From assembly GCA_010093815.1 (NCBI GenBank), contig ML996572.1: 64,000 bases of DNA. One strand, written 5' to 3'. The stretch is from Pseudovirgaria hyperparasitica. Taxonomy: Eukaryota. Both the position numbers and the translations under genes were made by a program. The notes under the pieces were generated by a model. It had not been told where the DNA came from. It was given only the letters and a program-made list of their open reading frames with translations, and searched no databases. Shown in pieces: positions 1 through 12,204 of the stretch (positions are counted from its first letter, which is position 1; each line of letters begins with the position of its first letter).

Positions 1-1220
1 AACAGAATTTTCCCGCCCCCATTGGGTCTCTCTGTTGATGATCCCCTGTTTCCTAAAAACTTTGGCGCCTCGCTGGACAGTTATGGAGGTCTAGTTTCGC
101 GGTGGGAAGTCTTGTTCAACATTACGGTGCTTCGCCTTATAAGCTTCAACATGGACTACTACTGGAGTAAAGCTGATAGCGGAGGAGAAAGCCCAATTCA
201 TGTAAGTACCTCTTCTAGAGCTTGCTCAGACCTCAGCCTAATAGCCTCAAGAAGAAAGGACTTGACCCTTCTAACCTGTCTGAACGCGATCGTGTCAAGA
301 TTCCAGCACGTGTCTCTGACTACAACTTCTCCAACTACTTTGCATATGCCCTATATGCTCCGCTCTACCTCACCGGTCCGATCATCACATTCAATGACTT
401 CCTCTCACAACTCCGCTACCGTTCCCCGAGTATCACCAAAGACAGGACAATCATGTACGGCGTGCGGTTCGTTGTTGTCCTTCTCACCATGGAAATCATG
501 ATACATTTCATGTACATGGTTGCCATATTCCACGCCAAGCCAGACTGGAGTGCATACACCCCTTTCCAACTCAGCATGCTCGGCTACTTCAACTTGAACC
601 ACATCTGGCTAAAACTCCTCATCCCCTGGCGATTCTTCCGCTTGTGGGCGCTCGTCGATGGCATCGATCCACCAGAGAACATGGTGCGTTGCATGAGCGA
701 TAACTACTCCGCACTTGCATTCTGGCGAGGATGGCATCGCAGCTTCAACCGCTGGATTGTGCGGTATATCTACGTACCCATTGGCGGAAGCGGCTTCTCA
801 GGGCGTTTCGGCCAGGTCAGATCGATAGCCAACTTTCTGGCCGTCTTCACGTTCGTGGCGCTGTGGCATGATATCCAGCTAAGGCTGCTCATGTGGGGCT
901 GGCTCATCACACTGTTTGTCATACCCGAGATTATGGGAACGCTGGTCTTTCCGGCTCGTCGCTGGAAGGACTGGCCGCATGCGTATCGGCGCATTTGTGC
1001 TGCCGGGGCTACGCTCAATATCCTTATGATGATGGCGGCGAATCTGGTTGGCTTCGCGATCGGGGTGGATGGATTGGTGGAGTTGCTCAAGGCTATATTT
1101 TCGACTCTGGATGGGCTGGTGTTTATATCGCTGGCTATGACCGCGTTGTTCATGGCGTCGAATATCATGTTTGAGATTAGGGAAGGGGAGCTGAGAAAGG
1201 GCATCAGGATGAAGTGCTAG
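1..1220 (+). CDS. GUP1: MBOAT family O-acyltransferase, Gup1-like (5' truncated by window edge)
   Basis: Motifs LRLISFNMDY, YLTGPIITFNDF, FWRGWHRSFNRW, FVALWHD and C-terminal RMKC; intron 202-251 (GTAAGT, CTAAT branch, AAG) joins ORFs 22..501 and 222..1220 in frame. Confidence 0.93.
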
Positions 1221-1644
1221 CTAGCTAGCCTGTGTAGTATTAATCTAGCTAGTCGAAAGATTTTTGACGCACGGCAGCTTTGTGATGATAAAGTCAGCAC
1301 TTTTGACCCTTGGAACATAACTAGTCTAGAAGGTGAATACGTGGAAGATATAATTGTATTCATTCGTACTATACCAACTAAGATACCAAAGCTGAAAGTT
1401 TCGTTCCGGGTTCGTGCAACGGTTATAGTCAACGCTGTTGAGCTTCTTCCTACTTTGTCTGAAGAACCGTGAAACGTTTGTTGTTTACACGTGCAGTCCA
1501 TATTTGTTCTAGCCGCATGGTATGATCTCGTCTGGCGATGATCTCATCACTAGTAGTTCTCATCAGGCACTCGAAGCGAAGTATGGTGTACGATTACACT
1601 CTATTACAGTAAATGCTTATACGTACATCTTTATCGACCAACAC

Positions 1645-2529
1645 CTACGAGTCCACGTCCATCTTCTCGCCAACTGCACTCTCATTCTTGTCATCCAGTT
1701 CGTGGACCGTCACATACTTGCTAATCTCTTCTCGCGTAATAATCTTCTCATCGAGCACAGCGGTAGTACCACGCTTGAACTTGTAGTCGCGCTGCTTCTG
1801 TTCTCTGACATTGGGTGTGATGTAGTTCCTCAAAAGCTGTGCCTTCTCCTCGGTGATGACGCAAACGTCCACGTTTGAACCTGAACCCAGATCGTTCCAG
1901 ATACCGGCCTGGATGGCATCGCTCGTCAGCTTCACTGCCTCATCTCTTGTCAACTTCGCTTTCCACTGGGTCTCGAAGACGCTCATGGCGGCCAACGATC
2001 CACTACCCATTGTCACGTAGGGCAATTTGTCGGTCGATCCATGCGCATGGACCGTGAAAAGGTGGCACCCGGTAGGGTCAACACCAGCTACGACAAGGTA
2101 CGCGCCAATATGACCTTGATATCTGAACAGGTGCTGCTTAAGCATAGTCATGCATGTAACAACGCGGGGCTTGCGGCCAGTCGAGAGAGCGTGCAGTTCG
2201 AGGTTGGATGAGATGATGGCGGTAGTGAACTCAGTGTCGGCAGCCGTACCGGCTCCAGCACACCAGATATTGGGGGAGATGTAATGAAGCTTCTCACAGT
2301 TCTGTTCGGTGGGATTAAATGTGTGTTCTATGCATCATCAGGCTGGGTTCTCTACCTTGTCTGCTACTATTGGACCGCTCGTTGCTCGTGTATCTGCTGC
2401 AATGACGACACCTCCATCATAGATACAACCCACGATCGTCGTACCAGTACTGGTGGCTTTCGGTAAAGGTACGCCTCTGGCATGTAGAGCTTGATTGCGG
2501 TTGTGGTTGGAGAAGTCGAAGCCCGGCAT
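1645..2529 (-). CDS. PUP1: 20S proteasome subunit beta2 (trypsin-like), Pup1
   Basis: Propeptide [12 protein letters not shown]...TSTG followed by catalytic [37 protein letters not shown]; exons 2529-2356 and 2301-1645. Confidence 0.96.
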
Positions 2530-2707
2530 AGTGAGCTGTCGTAGGAGGTGGAGAGCGTTGGTAAGTCGTTCCGGGCTTGAGAAGTTGTGAAAGTTGCGCA
2601 AAGCTTTCGGATAACCTCCGTCTAACACTTAATGCAGGATATCGGTATTTCGAGTCGAGTGATGGTAATGGTCGCAGTTATGTGGGTTGAGATTCAGTAA
2701 GGTTCGC

Positions 2708-2762
2708 GGAGCTGTGAGGTCGTGAGACGCCGGCGAAGCTCCTGCCGCCTTCCACTAGCTCC
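2708..2762. promoter_or_regulatory. Three GGAGCT motifs upstream of PUP1 (putative Rpn4 sites)
   Basis: GGAGCT at 2708-2713, AGCTCC at 2737-2742 and 2757-2762; GGAGCT is the proteasome-gene motif described for filamentous ascomycetes. Confidence 0.55.
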
Positions 2763-3049
2763 GTTTGCGAGCTTCAGTTCGCGCTAAGTAATTTCATGTC
2801 AACATTAGCATTCATCCTAGGTACTCCGCCTTTGTTGCTTGTCGCTCTGCCTGCCTAGAGCGCAAGCACTGTACCTGCAACATTCTCAATCGAACTTTCG
2901 ACCTCTTCCGCCCAAGCCCTCCGCGGCTGACAGCCCGTTCTTCATCGTACACGCTATACAACCAACGGTCTAATGCACATGGGACACTGTCGCAACGACC
3001 GCACAGCTCCCATACACCTGAACTCAGACCCGAATATCTGAGGGCCAGA

Positions 3050-6000
3050 ATGGCTTTCAACCAGAATGCACAGGTGGAAGAGGGGCCTCCCTTGGAAGAG
3101 ATACCAGCCGAGGAAAGTACATCCTATGGTCATCAAGTGTGATGAACTACTAACCCACGATACAGACTATAGGATTTCTAGCTGTCAACAAAGATAATAA
3201 GATCCGGTTATTGAAGAACAAGTGGCCCTCGAATGCAGAACCCTCGCCAACAGCCTCCCTGCTCAGTATCGCTTCCCGACGAGGCCTTGTCGCCGCCGCA
3301 GGACCTGACGCGCTTGTCATAGCAAAGGCTGAAACCCTACGTGAGCTGCTCAACAAGTCACAAGAAGCCAGCGCCATAATCGAGTATGACTCCCCGCTAT
3401 CTATATCCCTTCCCATGCGGATATCGCACGTATATTTCACATCCGATGAGAAGTACCTCGCAATCACGGCAGAGACCGGCGGAGGGCTTGCTGTTTACGA
3501 GGTAGACTCATTACTCCAAGGAAACAAGGAACCCTCGTTTCAAATCGCCACGAATGGGACCTCAGTAAGAGCAGTGGCGCCAAATCCAGAGATCGGACAG
3601 TACCTGCTACTGGTCCTCAGCAATGGCTCCCTGGTACTTGCAGATCTTGAAAGCAAAAGCCTACAGAATGGCAAGAATGGCGCAGTACTCTGTGAGAATG
3701 TCAGTTGTGCGTCTTGGAGCGTCAAAGGAAAACAGTTGATTGCTGGGCTCGGAGATGGCTCAGTCTCCCAAATCAAACCCGATGGCGACCTTGTGGCGAC
3801 GATACCAAAACCACCATCATTGACAGGAAGTGTACATGTCTCCGGCATAAACTGGCTGGCTAACGACGAATTCTTGTTCATTCATACAGATTCATCGGGC
3901 GCTAATGGCGAACAAATTTTCCACTTCGTTCGTCGTGAAAAAGGCACTTCGAACTTCTTGTTCCAGAAGCTGGCGGCAGATATAGTTATGCCAGGTTTTG
4001 ACAGGACTGAAGTCGCTCCTAGTCCGTTCATACTTCGTCTACGCGACTTTGAACCCAATTTGTCAAGCCTGCTCCTTGTCACAACGAACAGAACTACGGA
4101 AATCACTATGCTTGCAAACGCTACGTCTCCTCTAATACCAAGCCAACCGATCGTCAATACATATACCGCGATCAACCCACCAAATGAAGGCCGCAAAGCA
4201 GCTCTTCCATTTGGAGATGATGCAGACACTTTTCCTGTTGGAATGGCCCTGGATCTCTCTGCAACTGAGAAGGTTCGCAGACCGCTGCCTTCAGAGCTTG
4301 AATATGAAGAATCTCTCACTCCTCTTCCGGCTGTTACTGCTCTGAACAACGAGGGGATGTTGATGATGTGGTGGATTGTCAATGATGAGTCGATCAAAAG
4401 GGGCACCGGGTATCGGGGGCTTACTGCACTCGCAGGAGGTCAGTCTGCTACAACTCAAACAGCACAGCCAGTTCAGCCTGCGCAATCAACTCCAGCTCCG
4501 TCATCTGCATTTGGAAAGCCCAGCACCCCTGCTTTTGGGGCTCCAGCTTTTGGAGCTCCTGCATTCGGAGCTGCAACGTTCGGCACACCTAGTCAAATAA
4601 GTGCGTTTGGTGGACCTGCACTCAGTAAACCCTCACCATGGGCTCAACCAGCTGCAACCACATCAAGCGCAGCTGGGGCCGCTTTCGGTAAGCCTGGTTT
4701 CGGCCAGCCAGCCTTTGGATCAGCTGCGAAGATCGGTGCAGGTACTCCTGGTGCAGCTACCTTTGGAAGTGCTGGTGGTACTACTGGTAGTTCGCCTTGG
4801 GGCGCGCAGCAGAATCAGAACAAACCTGCTTTCGGCACCCCTTCAACTCCAAGTGGTAGCGGGTTTTCGAGTTTCGCTGGCAGTGGCGGTTTTGCGACTG
4901 TGGGTCAGAGTGGCCAATCTGCATTTGCTTCTGGAACCTCCCCATTCTCTGCATTTTCTCAAAAGGGGACATCGTTCGGAACACCAAGCTCAAGCTTTGG
5001 TGTTAAGACTGAGCAGAGCTTTGGATCAACTGTGACTCTAGACTCAAGCAAAGGAGGTTCAAACGCGGGAAATGGCGGATTTTCACCATTTGTTAATGTA
5101 TCCAACTCGAACACACCGGCTAATCAACAGTCTGCCTTTGGAAGCACTCCTCAATCATCATTTGCCTCGATGTCACAGGAGTCTGACATGGGCGATGCTG
5201 ACGATATAGCAAGTAGAGGAAGGTCAGAAGCTACTCCAACACCCCAATTGCCGCCTCCGAAAGAGCCACCCCAGAAAGAACCGCCGAAGCCTACTTCTGG
5301 GCTTTTCGGCGGTGGTTCTACCTTCAAACTCGGTTCCACATTCGCTGGAGACGGCTCAGCCAAAGACGATCTTCCAAAGCCGCCTGGTGGAACATCCTCC
5401 TTCTTTGGGTCCAACTTTGGGAAGTCCTTGGACAGCGATAGTAATCAGACTCCTGTCACACCAGTTAAAAAGGAACCGGTAGATGAGAAGTTGAATCTTA
5501 AGGATGTTTCAGAGACACCTGCCGCCGAGCCACCACAACAAAAGCCAGGTCTCTTTTCATTTACTTCTACACAGAAAGCTCAGGATAATCAGTCTGCCAC
5601 TCCGCAGGCCGCCAAACCAGAAGCTGCGCCCTTACCCCCAGACTTCACCAAGTCATCAGCGACCAAGGCGCCAGCGTTCGATGATGTACCCTTACCACCA
5701 GACTTTACAAAATCATCCACGCCGAAAGCGCCTGTACCAGAATCTGCGCCTCTACCTCCAGACTTCACTCAGCCCAACAGCAAGAAGTCAACTGAAGACG
5801 ATTTACCTCCTCTAGCTGGTAGCCCACCTATCACAGTAGAGCCCCCAAGCAGCGATCTAGGGTCCGTGTCCGTGCCTGAGGAGGAGAACGATGACAGCTT
5901 CGAGGTTGAAGAGCATGATGGAAGCGACGAACAGGACGAAGCCAGCGAGCTAGAAGGGGTCGGTCAAAGATCACCAGCTCGTCGAGCTTCTCGACCACAA

Positions 6001-7605
6001 CCGCCTGGTAGCAATTGGTCGTTCCAATCATCGACACAGTCCCACCAGCCACCACCCCCTGCTCCAAGCCCTCCTGTTCAGTCCCGTAGTCCATCCCGCT
6101 CACCTCTCCGCAACCAAGTCTATCCTACCACAACCCCACTGGGACTTCCAAAAGGCCCCGTATTTGCGCCTCCAGCTTCTCGCACACTAGAGTCACCACG
6201 CTCCCCAAGCCCCATACGGTCGGCGTCTACCCCAGTATTTATCAAACGAGAATCCGTCCCACCAGCAAAGGCACCGCCCCGCCCAATCTCACGTGCGAAG
6301 GCCCCAACACCACCTGACCCCGAACCTGTAGTTGAGGATCTGAGTGACGCCGAGGATGCGAGAATTCGCGAGGAGCTTGAAGCACCCATAGAGCCCACGA
6401 CGACCTTGGATCCCTTCATTGTGCGATTGGGTTCGGAGCTCAATTCTAAGCCTGGCATTCCTGGTCAAATCGAGCGCGTCTACAGAGATATTAATGCGAT
6501 GGTTGATACGCTTGGCGTCAACGCCCGCACTCTCGCATGCTTCATTGCTGGGCACACTGCAGATTCAGATCGCCAGCGAACTCGTGACGACCTCGATAGT
6601 ATAACATATGAAGATACCGTGGACGACTGGACGCTGGTCGAATGCCTCGAACTCGCTGACCTCGAAGATGAGTTGGACGAAACTCTCGAAAACGGCCGTG
6701 TTAGAAACGTGCAGGGCAAACTCGCGGAGTTGGCCAACCTACATCGCGGTCTTAATCGTCTTCGCGCCCGCGCAAAAGCGCTCGACCGCAGTTTACGCAT
6801 AAACGCGACCGATTCAGTGGCTGCGACCAATGCTCCGCTATCCACAGAACAAAGCTTCCAACTGCGCACGCTACGAAATGCCGTCTCCGATCTCCAGACC
6901 TTGCTCCGCGAGACAGAAGGCGCGGCCGTGCTCCTGCGCGCTCGACTAGCAGCCGCAAAAGGCGCAAACAGCGCAAACGGCAACGGGAAACCAACCCAGA
7001 CGCCCACCGTCGAAGCAGTCACCAACACAATCGCAAAAATGACGGCCATGATCGAGAAGAAGAGCGGCGACGTCGATGTCCTGGAAACCCAGATGCGCAA
7101 ACTGCGCATGACGGCTCCGGAATCCCTGAGCGCATCCTCGAGATCGCTCGAGCGCTCAAAGTCGCGCGAGGGCACGTATGCCCTGTCTTTTTCGGACTCT
7201 GACGACGACGACGACGACGACGAACCATCCGCGCCAAACAACCGCGACACGCCCTCGAAACGCATGCCCGGCGCCTTTGCCACGCCCCAGAGCCACAGCC
7301 ACAGTCACCACCGTAGCAGCACCCGCGTCGCGCCGCCTAGCTCCGGCCGCAGCGTCGCCTCTGTCTGGCACACACCAGGCAGCTCGTTTGAGCAGAGTCC
7401 GTCCTCGTCGTCGTTGTCGCTGCTGCGTGGCGGTGGCACAAGTAATAGCACTACTACTACTAATGGCCGGGGCTTGGCCGGCATCAGCGATGAGGAGGTC
7501 GTGGTTAGAGCAGAGAGGGTGCAGAGGAGGAAGGGCTTGGCGCAGAGCTTTGCACAGGCTATTATGCGGAGGGGCGTTCGTGTTAGGGAGGTTGGGGCTC
7601 CTTGA
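3050..7605 (+). CDS. NUP159: Nucleoporin Nup159/Nup214
   Basis: ATG 3050 (MAFNQNAQVEEGPPLEEI), short intron about 3113-3172 with TACTAAC branch, N-terminal beta-propeller region, PAFG/SAFG/FG repeats (about 4500-5420), acidic/Pro-rich linker, C-terminal coiled coils (PTVEAVTNTIAKMTAMIEKKSGDVDVLE). Confidence 0.9.
5623..5790 (+). repeat. 3 x 60-nt coding tandem repeat (PLPPDFT motif) in NUP159
   Basis: CCCTTACCCCCAGACTTCAC, CCCTTACCACCAGACTTTAC, CCTCTACCTCCAGACTTCAC spaced exactly 60 nt apart. Confidence 0.85.
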
Positions 7606-7614
7606 ATTTCTTGT

Positions 7615-7846
7615 GGTTTGGTTTGGCTTGGTCTGGCTTAATCTGGCTTTTGTCGAGAGTGAGTGAGTGAGTGGGCGAGTGGGCGAGTGACTGACTGAGT
7701 GACTGAGTGGGTGTGAGAGTCAGTGGGAGAGATGTTGGTGTTGAGTGTTGAGTGATAAGTGTAGGATAGATGGGATTAGATGATGGAGATAATGAATTGA
7801 TTGTGTATGAGTATGTATGTATAACCTCTGGGTGTGTGTGTGTGTG
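7615..7846. repeat. Simple repeats in NUP159 3' flank: (GGTTT)n, (GAGT/GACT)n, (GT)n
   Basis: Directly visible low-complexity tracts at about 7615-7650, 7657-7712 and 7832-7846. Confidence 0.8.
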
Positions 7847-8211
7847 ATATTGCTTTTGAGGGGGGAATGGAAGATGTGGTACAACATGCTGTACTGTACG
7901 CATTGCAGTCAAACATGTCCACGATCCACCGACATTCTCTGCCCCTATTTCTACGGGAGATCTTCTTCTTCTTCTGTACCGAGTCTCGCACATATACAAG
8001 ATGCACTGCAGCTCGTGGTGAAGAATATGCTCGCTGGTTCGCCTGGAAAAGTCTAGTATCACGTCTGGGTCACGCCAATTATGTAGTATATGTATAATGT
8101 ACTCTCAAAGGGGTATCTTTATGCATGCTACAATGTCATAAACTATATTCGCCTCTGCTGATCCTTCCCTGATAGCATACGCATACAGCCATCGCCTCAT
8201 TACCCCTACAT

Positions 8212-10011
8212 CTAGAACTTCACAACCCACCTCGTCCGTACAAATTCACCGTACCTCAGGAACAAGAATGGCATCGGAATGAACGCAATGGCCACAAACG
8301 CAAGCAGACTATTTCCCCATCCATAGCCCAGATCCTCGTAGAGTTTCCGACCCGCCAGTGGCAGTACAGCCGCAAACACGCTTCGTAGCACTGTGCTCGC
8401 TGCCATAGCACTCGCTGCGTGCACAGTGAATACATCTACTAGATATGTACTAGCAGGCATAAAGATCCACATCAGCCCACAGCCGACGAGACCCGATGCC
8501 GCAATCGGTACTATCCAGTGCACCGTGTACTGCACCGTCCAGCCGTAAATAAGGAGGCCGATGGGCAACAGAATGGCGCCCGGGACCATCATGTGTAGGC
8601 GGTTTTCAGGGCGTGCGTCACCGCGGGATAGCTGCCGTATGAAGATGCGATTGGCCATCCAGGTACCGTAAAGTTGGGCGAAGATGCAGCCGACGCCGAG
8701 ACCAGCAAAAGAGAGCCCGACAACACCACGGGAGAAGCCATATTGAGTGCTAAAAACCGGGGTGAATGTTGTGAAGAGGACGTAGAGGTAGGCGTAGGTG
8801 ATGGCCATGTAGAGGGAGATGCTGGTGACAATCGGGGACATGATGAGCATCTTCGAGGGTCGCACAATAGAAAAGAGGAAGAGGTCTTTGGGGGTTAAAC
8901 CAGTGTCGAATTTGGATTTCAGAGCAGTGTTGCCGGTCTCTTTACGAAGACGGCGGACCTTGGCAGCAAGTATGGCGGGGGCATAGGTTTCACGCATGAG
9001 AATCGCGGCAGCGATGGCGAAACCGGAACTGATTATGGTTAGGATCCAGAAGTTCCATCTCCAACCTTTGGCCTGGGTTATAAAGCCACCAGCGATAGGG
9101 CCAATCGTTGGGCCAACGGTCTATCATGAAGTCAGTATAGGCCCAGACAGGATCAAACAAAAGATACAACGTACTGGTCCCATCATCCACAAAGCCATCG
9201 CGGTAGCTCGTTGCTCCCGTGAGATTATATCTGCGATAGTCCCACCTCCGAGCGTAATGGGTGCGGCGCCAAAGGTGCCCTGTAGGAAACGGAAGACAAT
9301 GAACATCTCGATATTGCTTGCTACTGCGCAGGCAACAGTGAAGATTATGAACAGAATATTACAGCCATGGTCTAGCAGCAATTAGCAACAGTTGGATGGC
9401 CTCGCAGCAACAACATACACAATGGTAGACGTCCATACATTTCGGACAAAGGAGCAATAGCTGGGACTTGTCAGCGTGATAGATCCCAGAAGACGGATAT
9501 CACTCAGGAACATGCCTAGAGGGCCAAAAGCAAAGCCCAAAACGTATACTGATACAATGAAGCTTGATATGGCTTCATTGGACGATCCGAATTCTTGCAT
9601 CACTTCTGGCACACCTGGAGCAAACATGGACGATGCAAGCGGTGTCAACAAGGTCAGACCAGATACAATGCCTACGGTACCCCATCTCCGTGGGCTGGAC
9701 CAATTCAAGGGATTGTGTGGATCGTCAGGACCGTCCCAGAAGATAACGTTGGAATCGACTGCATGTTGAGCTTTCTCCTCATGTATTGACGACTCTGTAG
9801 AGCATGTAAGAGCCTTCTCGACATCAACCTCCTTTACGGAATCGACATCCTTGGTGTTTGTTGAGTGAGTCCTTGCGGACTTTGTGGAGCTTGAGCTAGA
9901 AGACAAGACGCCGGCGTTCGTGGGGATGTCGGCATCATGGGCTTCGTAGGCAGCCAAGGAGAGGATCTCGATGGGCTGGCTTGGCGCCGCGTGCGGGACG
10001 CTATGCGCCAT
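8212..10011 (-). CDS. MFS drug:H+ antiporter (DHA1 family)
   Basis: WDGPDDPHNPLNWS, APLSEMYGR, RFLQG, GGGTIAD, GPTVGPTIGP, RETYAP, PENRL motifs; exons 10011-9516, 9460-9419, 9371-9175, 9120-8212 (first intron GC-AG). Confidence 0.92.
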
Positions 10012-10337
10012 GGACCGGGAGCGAAAAGCTTGGTGGGTGGAGTATGGAGAGGGCCTATGTGGGTGTACTTTGTCGCATCTGTGGCAGGCGTTTGATATGG
10101 GAGTCCGAGTATTTTGAGTGATCAGGACTGCATGGCTATAGGCCGAGCAAGTGGGCAATGGAAGGAATTTAACTTAACGAGTGTGGATGGGATGAAGCGG
10201 GGACGGAAGAGTAGGAGCCGTTGGAAGCACCAATATCAGCGAGTGACGGAAATGGAGAGAGATCGACAGTGGATAGGGTGTATTATAATGTGCTGCTTGA
10301 AGAAGCCTGTGGGTTGTGAGTTGTCAGTTATCGGGGC

Positions 10338-10630
10338 GTGAGGTGCGAAGTGCGAGGTGCGAGGTGTAAGGTGTGAGGTATGAGTTTGGAATGGAGAAAT
10401 ATGCTAAATTGGTTGTGGGTGTTTTGGACTACAGAAGCTGAAGGTAAATAGAGAAAGAGCGAAGGCACATTACAGGACGGGAAAGAGGTTGATATTGTAG
10501 ATACACCTGGGTAATAGGGAGGGAGTAAATAGTGATAGCTAACTAGGCAAGTTCGATACGATACGCCAGAAGGGGCAGGGGCAGAGGCAGAGACAGAGAC
10601 ACACAACACGCACAGGCACAGGCAGGCACG
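10338..10630. repeat. Degenerate 7-bp (GTGCGAG) and 6-bp (GGCAGA/GGCACA) tandem repeats upstream of the MFS gene
   Basis: About 6 copies of GTGYRAG at 10338-10384 and purine-rich hexamer repeats at 10572-10630. Confidence 0.7.
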
Positions 10631-11782
10631 GAGACGGAATCCGGCCTAAGACGACGGTATTGCATTATCTCCATCATCACCGTGTGGATCCATCTCAGAA
10701 GCACAGGCTTGGATGTCAGCAGTGGAAACAGTAAGCGTAAGCAGTGTATTGCAGTGTAGTGAGGAGTCGTGGTGTATTCTTACGTGGTGATGCCTCAGGG
10801 CTGAATGAATGTTAGGATGATGCTTGAACGCATGTGGAGACGATGCAAGATCCATGGTACGTGGGGCGTGGACGGTCAAGAGTGGATCCATACAGTAGAT
10901 GAGCGGGCCTGATCGCTGAGGAATAGTGAGTGGTATGTGCGCCGACTGCACCCAATTGACGCCGCCGTCCAGCCCATTTTTTGGCGAGTGACATGCCTAA
11001 TCGCACGCCCATTTGCCCGGTGTGAGAGCCACTAAGTCAGCCACCTGGTCCCTGTCTACCTCCCCCGCCTATCTGGATCGTCTCTGTATGTGCATCTGCA
11101 GCTACAATGGCTTAATACTGCGCTATAAGAATAAAACGACGTATTGATTCCCTCCATATTAATGCTTCGTATGCGCCCGCCACAATCATGTACCGCCAGT
11201 AGTGCCGTCGCCTTTGCCATACATAACTCGCAGCTGTGCATGCCCGAGTCGTTCATGAACCGGGCACACGGCTCGTCGTGTTACTGGCCCTCCATGCCCT
11301 GCTGGTTGTGGCTGCAGCTGCACGCCGGGCCCGTCTGCGTCTCCTCGCCATCGAGATGCCGTGTTATCCTGCTGTAGATACGCACACTGTCTTATCACGC
11401 TGCTTAATGATCTAGTACGAAGGCGCACGACATGGAAAAAGAATGTTATCAATCTGCTTTTATGTATTACATAAGTTTGGAACGCATGGAAGATGTTTTC
11501 CTTGTATACCCCGGCTGGTGGCCCCAGTCGGACGTGGTCTGTGCTACAACCTCCGAGAGGGCAGCCCGTTTGATTTCCCCGGACGGTGATAGAGATCGAT
11601 CATCATGATCCTGCTCCGCGGATTCAGCAGCAACAAAACTTTCTGGCACGTCTCGATAGCTATTGCGAGTACACCCTCCATGTTTCATCATCATCAAAGA
11701 CATACTACCCATCCACAGTGCAGTGACGTATCACTTTGTTACGTGAACCCATTCAGCCCTATCGAAGTAGCAAGCTACCATC

Positions 11783-12144
11783 TTTAGCCGCCTATCAGCC
11801 ATCACGTGCGTTACCGTTCATATTACATTCTAGTAGTATATATCAAGGGTATATACATGTTTATATGTGTATAGTGGTGTACTAACATAATCAGGTATAT
11901 GATGTTTGATCTTTCGGTCCGCACTGCCAGACTGCATGGGTATGAGCCACTTGACCTTAGCCAACATACCAACCACAGCGAGTCGGCTAAGTAGACCTTA
12001 TTACAGCTGAGACAAGACGCCCTTAGCCATACCAACGAGCTTGTCTTGGTTCAATATGCAATCTGGGGAATAGTATCGTGATATATTGAACTGACACTTT
12101 TTATGCTGCTTAGCCATTTCTAGGTCGTAAATTCGTATAAATAC
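11783..12144 (+). promoter_or_regulatory. LPMO promoter: clustered GGCTAA (XlnR/Xyr1-type) sites, CreA-type site and TATA box
   Basis: GGCTAA/TTAGCC at 11784, 11957, 11985, 12023, 12110; CTGGGG (SYGGRG) 12063-12068; TATAAATA 12137-12144. Confidence 0.6.
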
Positions 12145-12204
12145 TGAGGTCATGTAGCACTCTAATCCTCGTCCTCACCTCTCACCATCTTCATAACCTT
12201 CGTC

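Noticed and set aside
7201..7221. (GAC)7 tract
   Set aside because: Ordinary coding microsatellite (poly-Asp) in the disordered Nup159 tail.
6480..7283. 267-aa antisense ORF within NUP159 (and similar antisense ORFs in PKS, DnaJ, HAUS1, CYP52)
   Set aside because: Mirror-frame shadows of GC-rich coding sequence with no independent domain signal.
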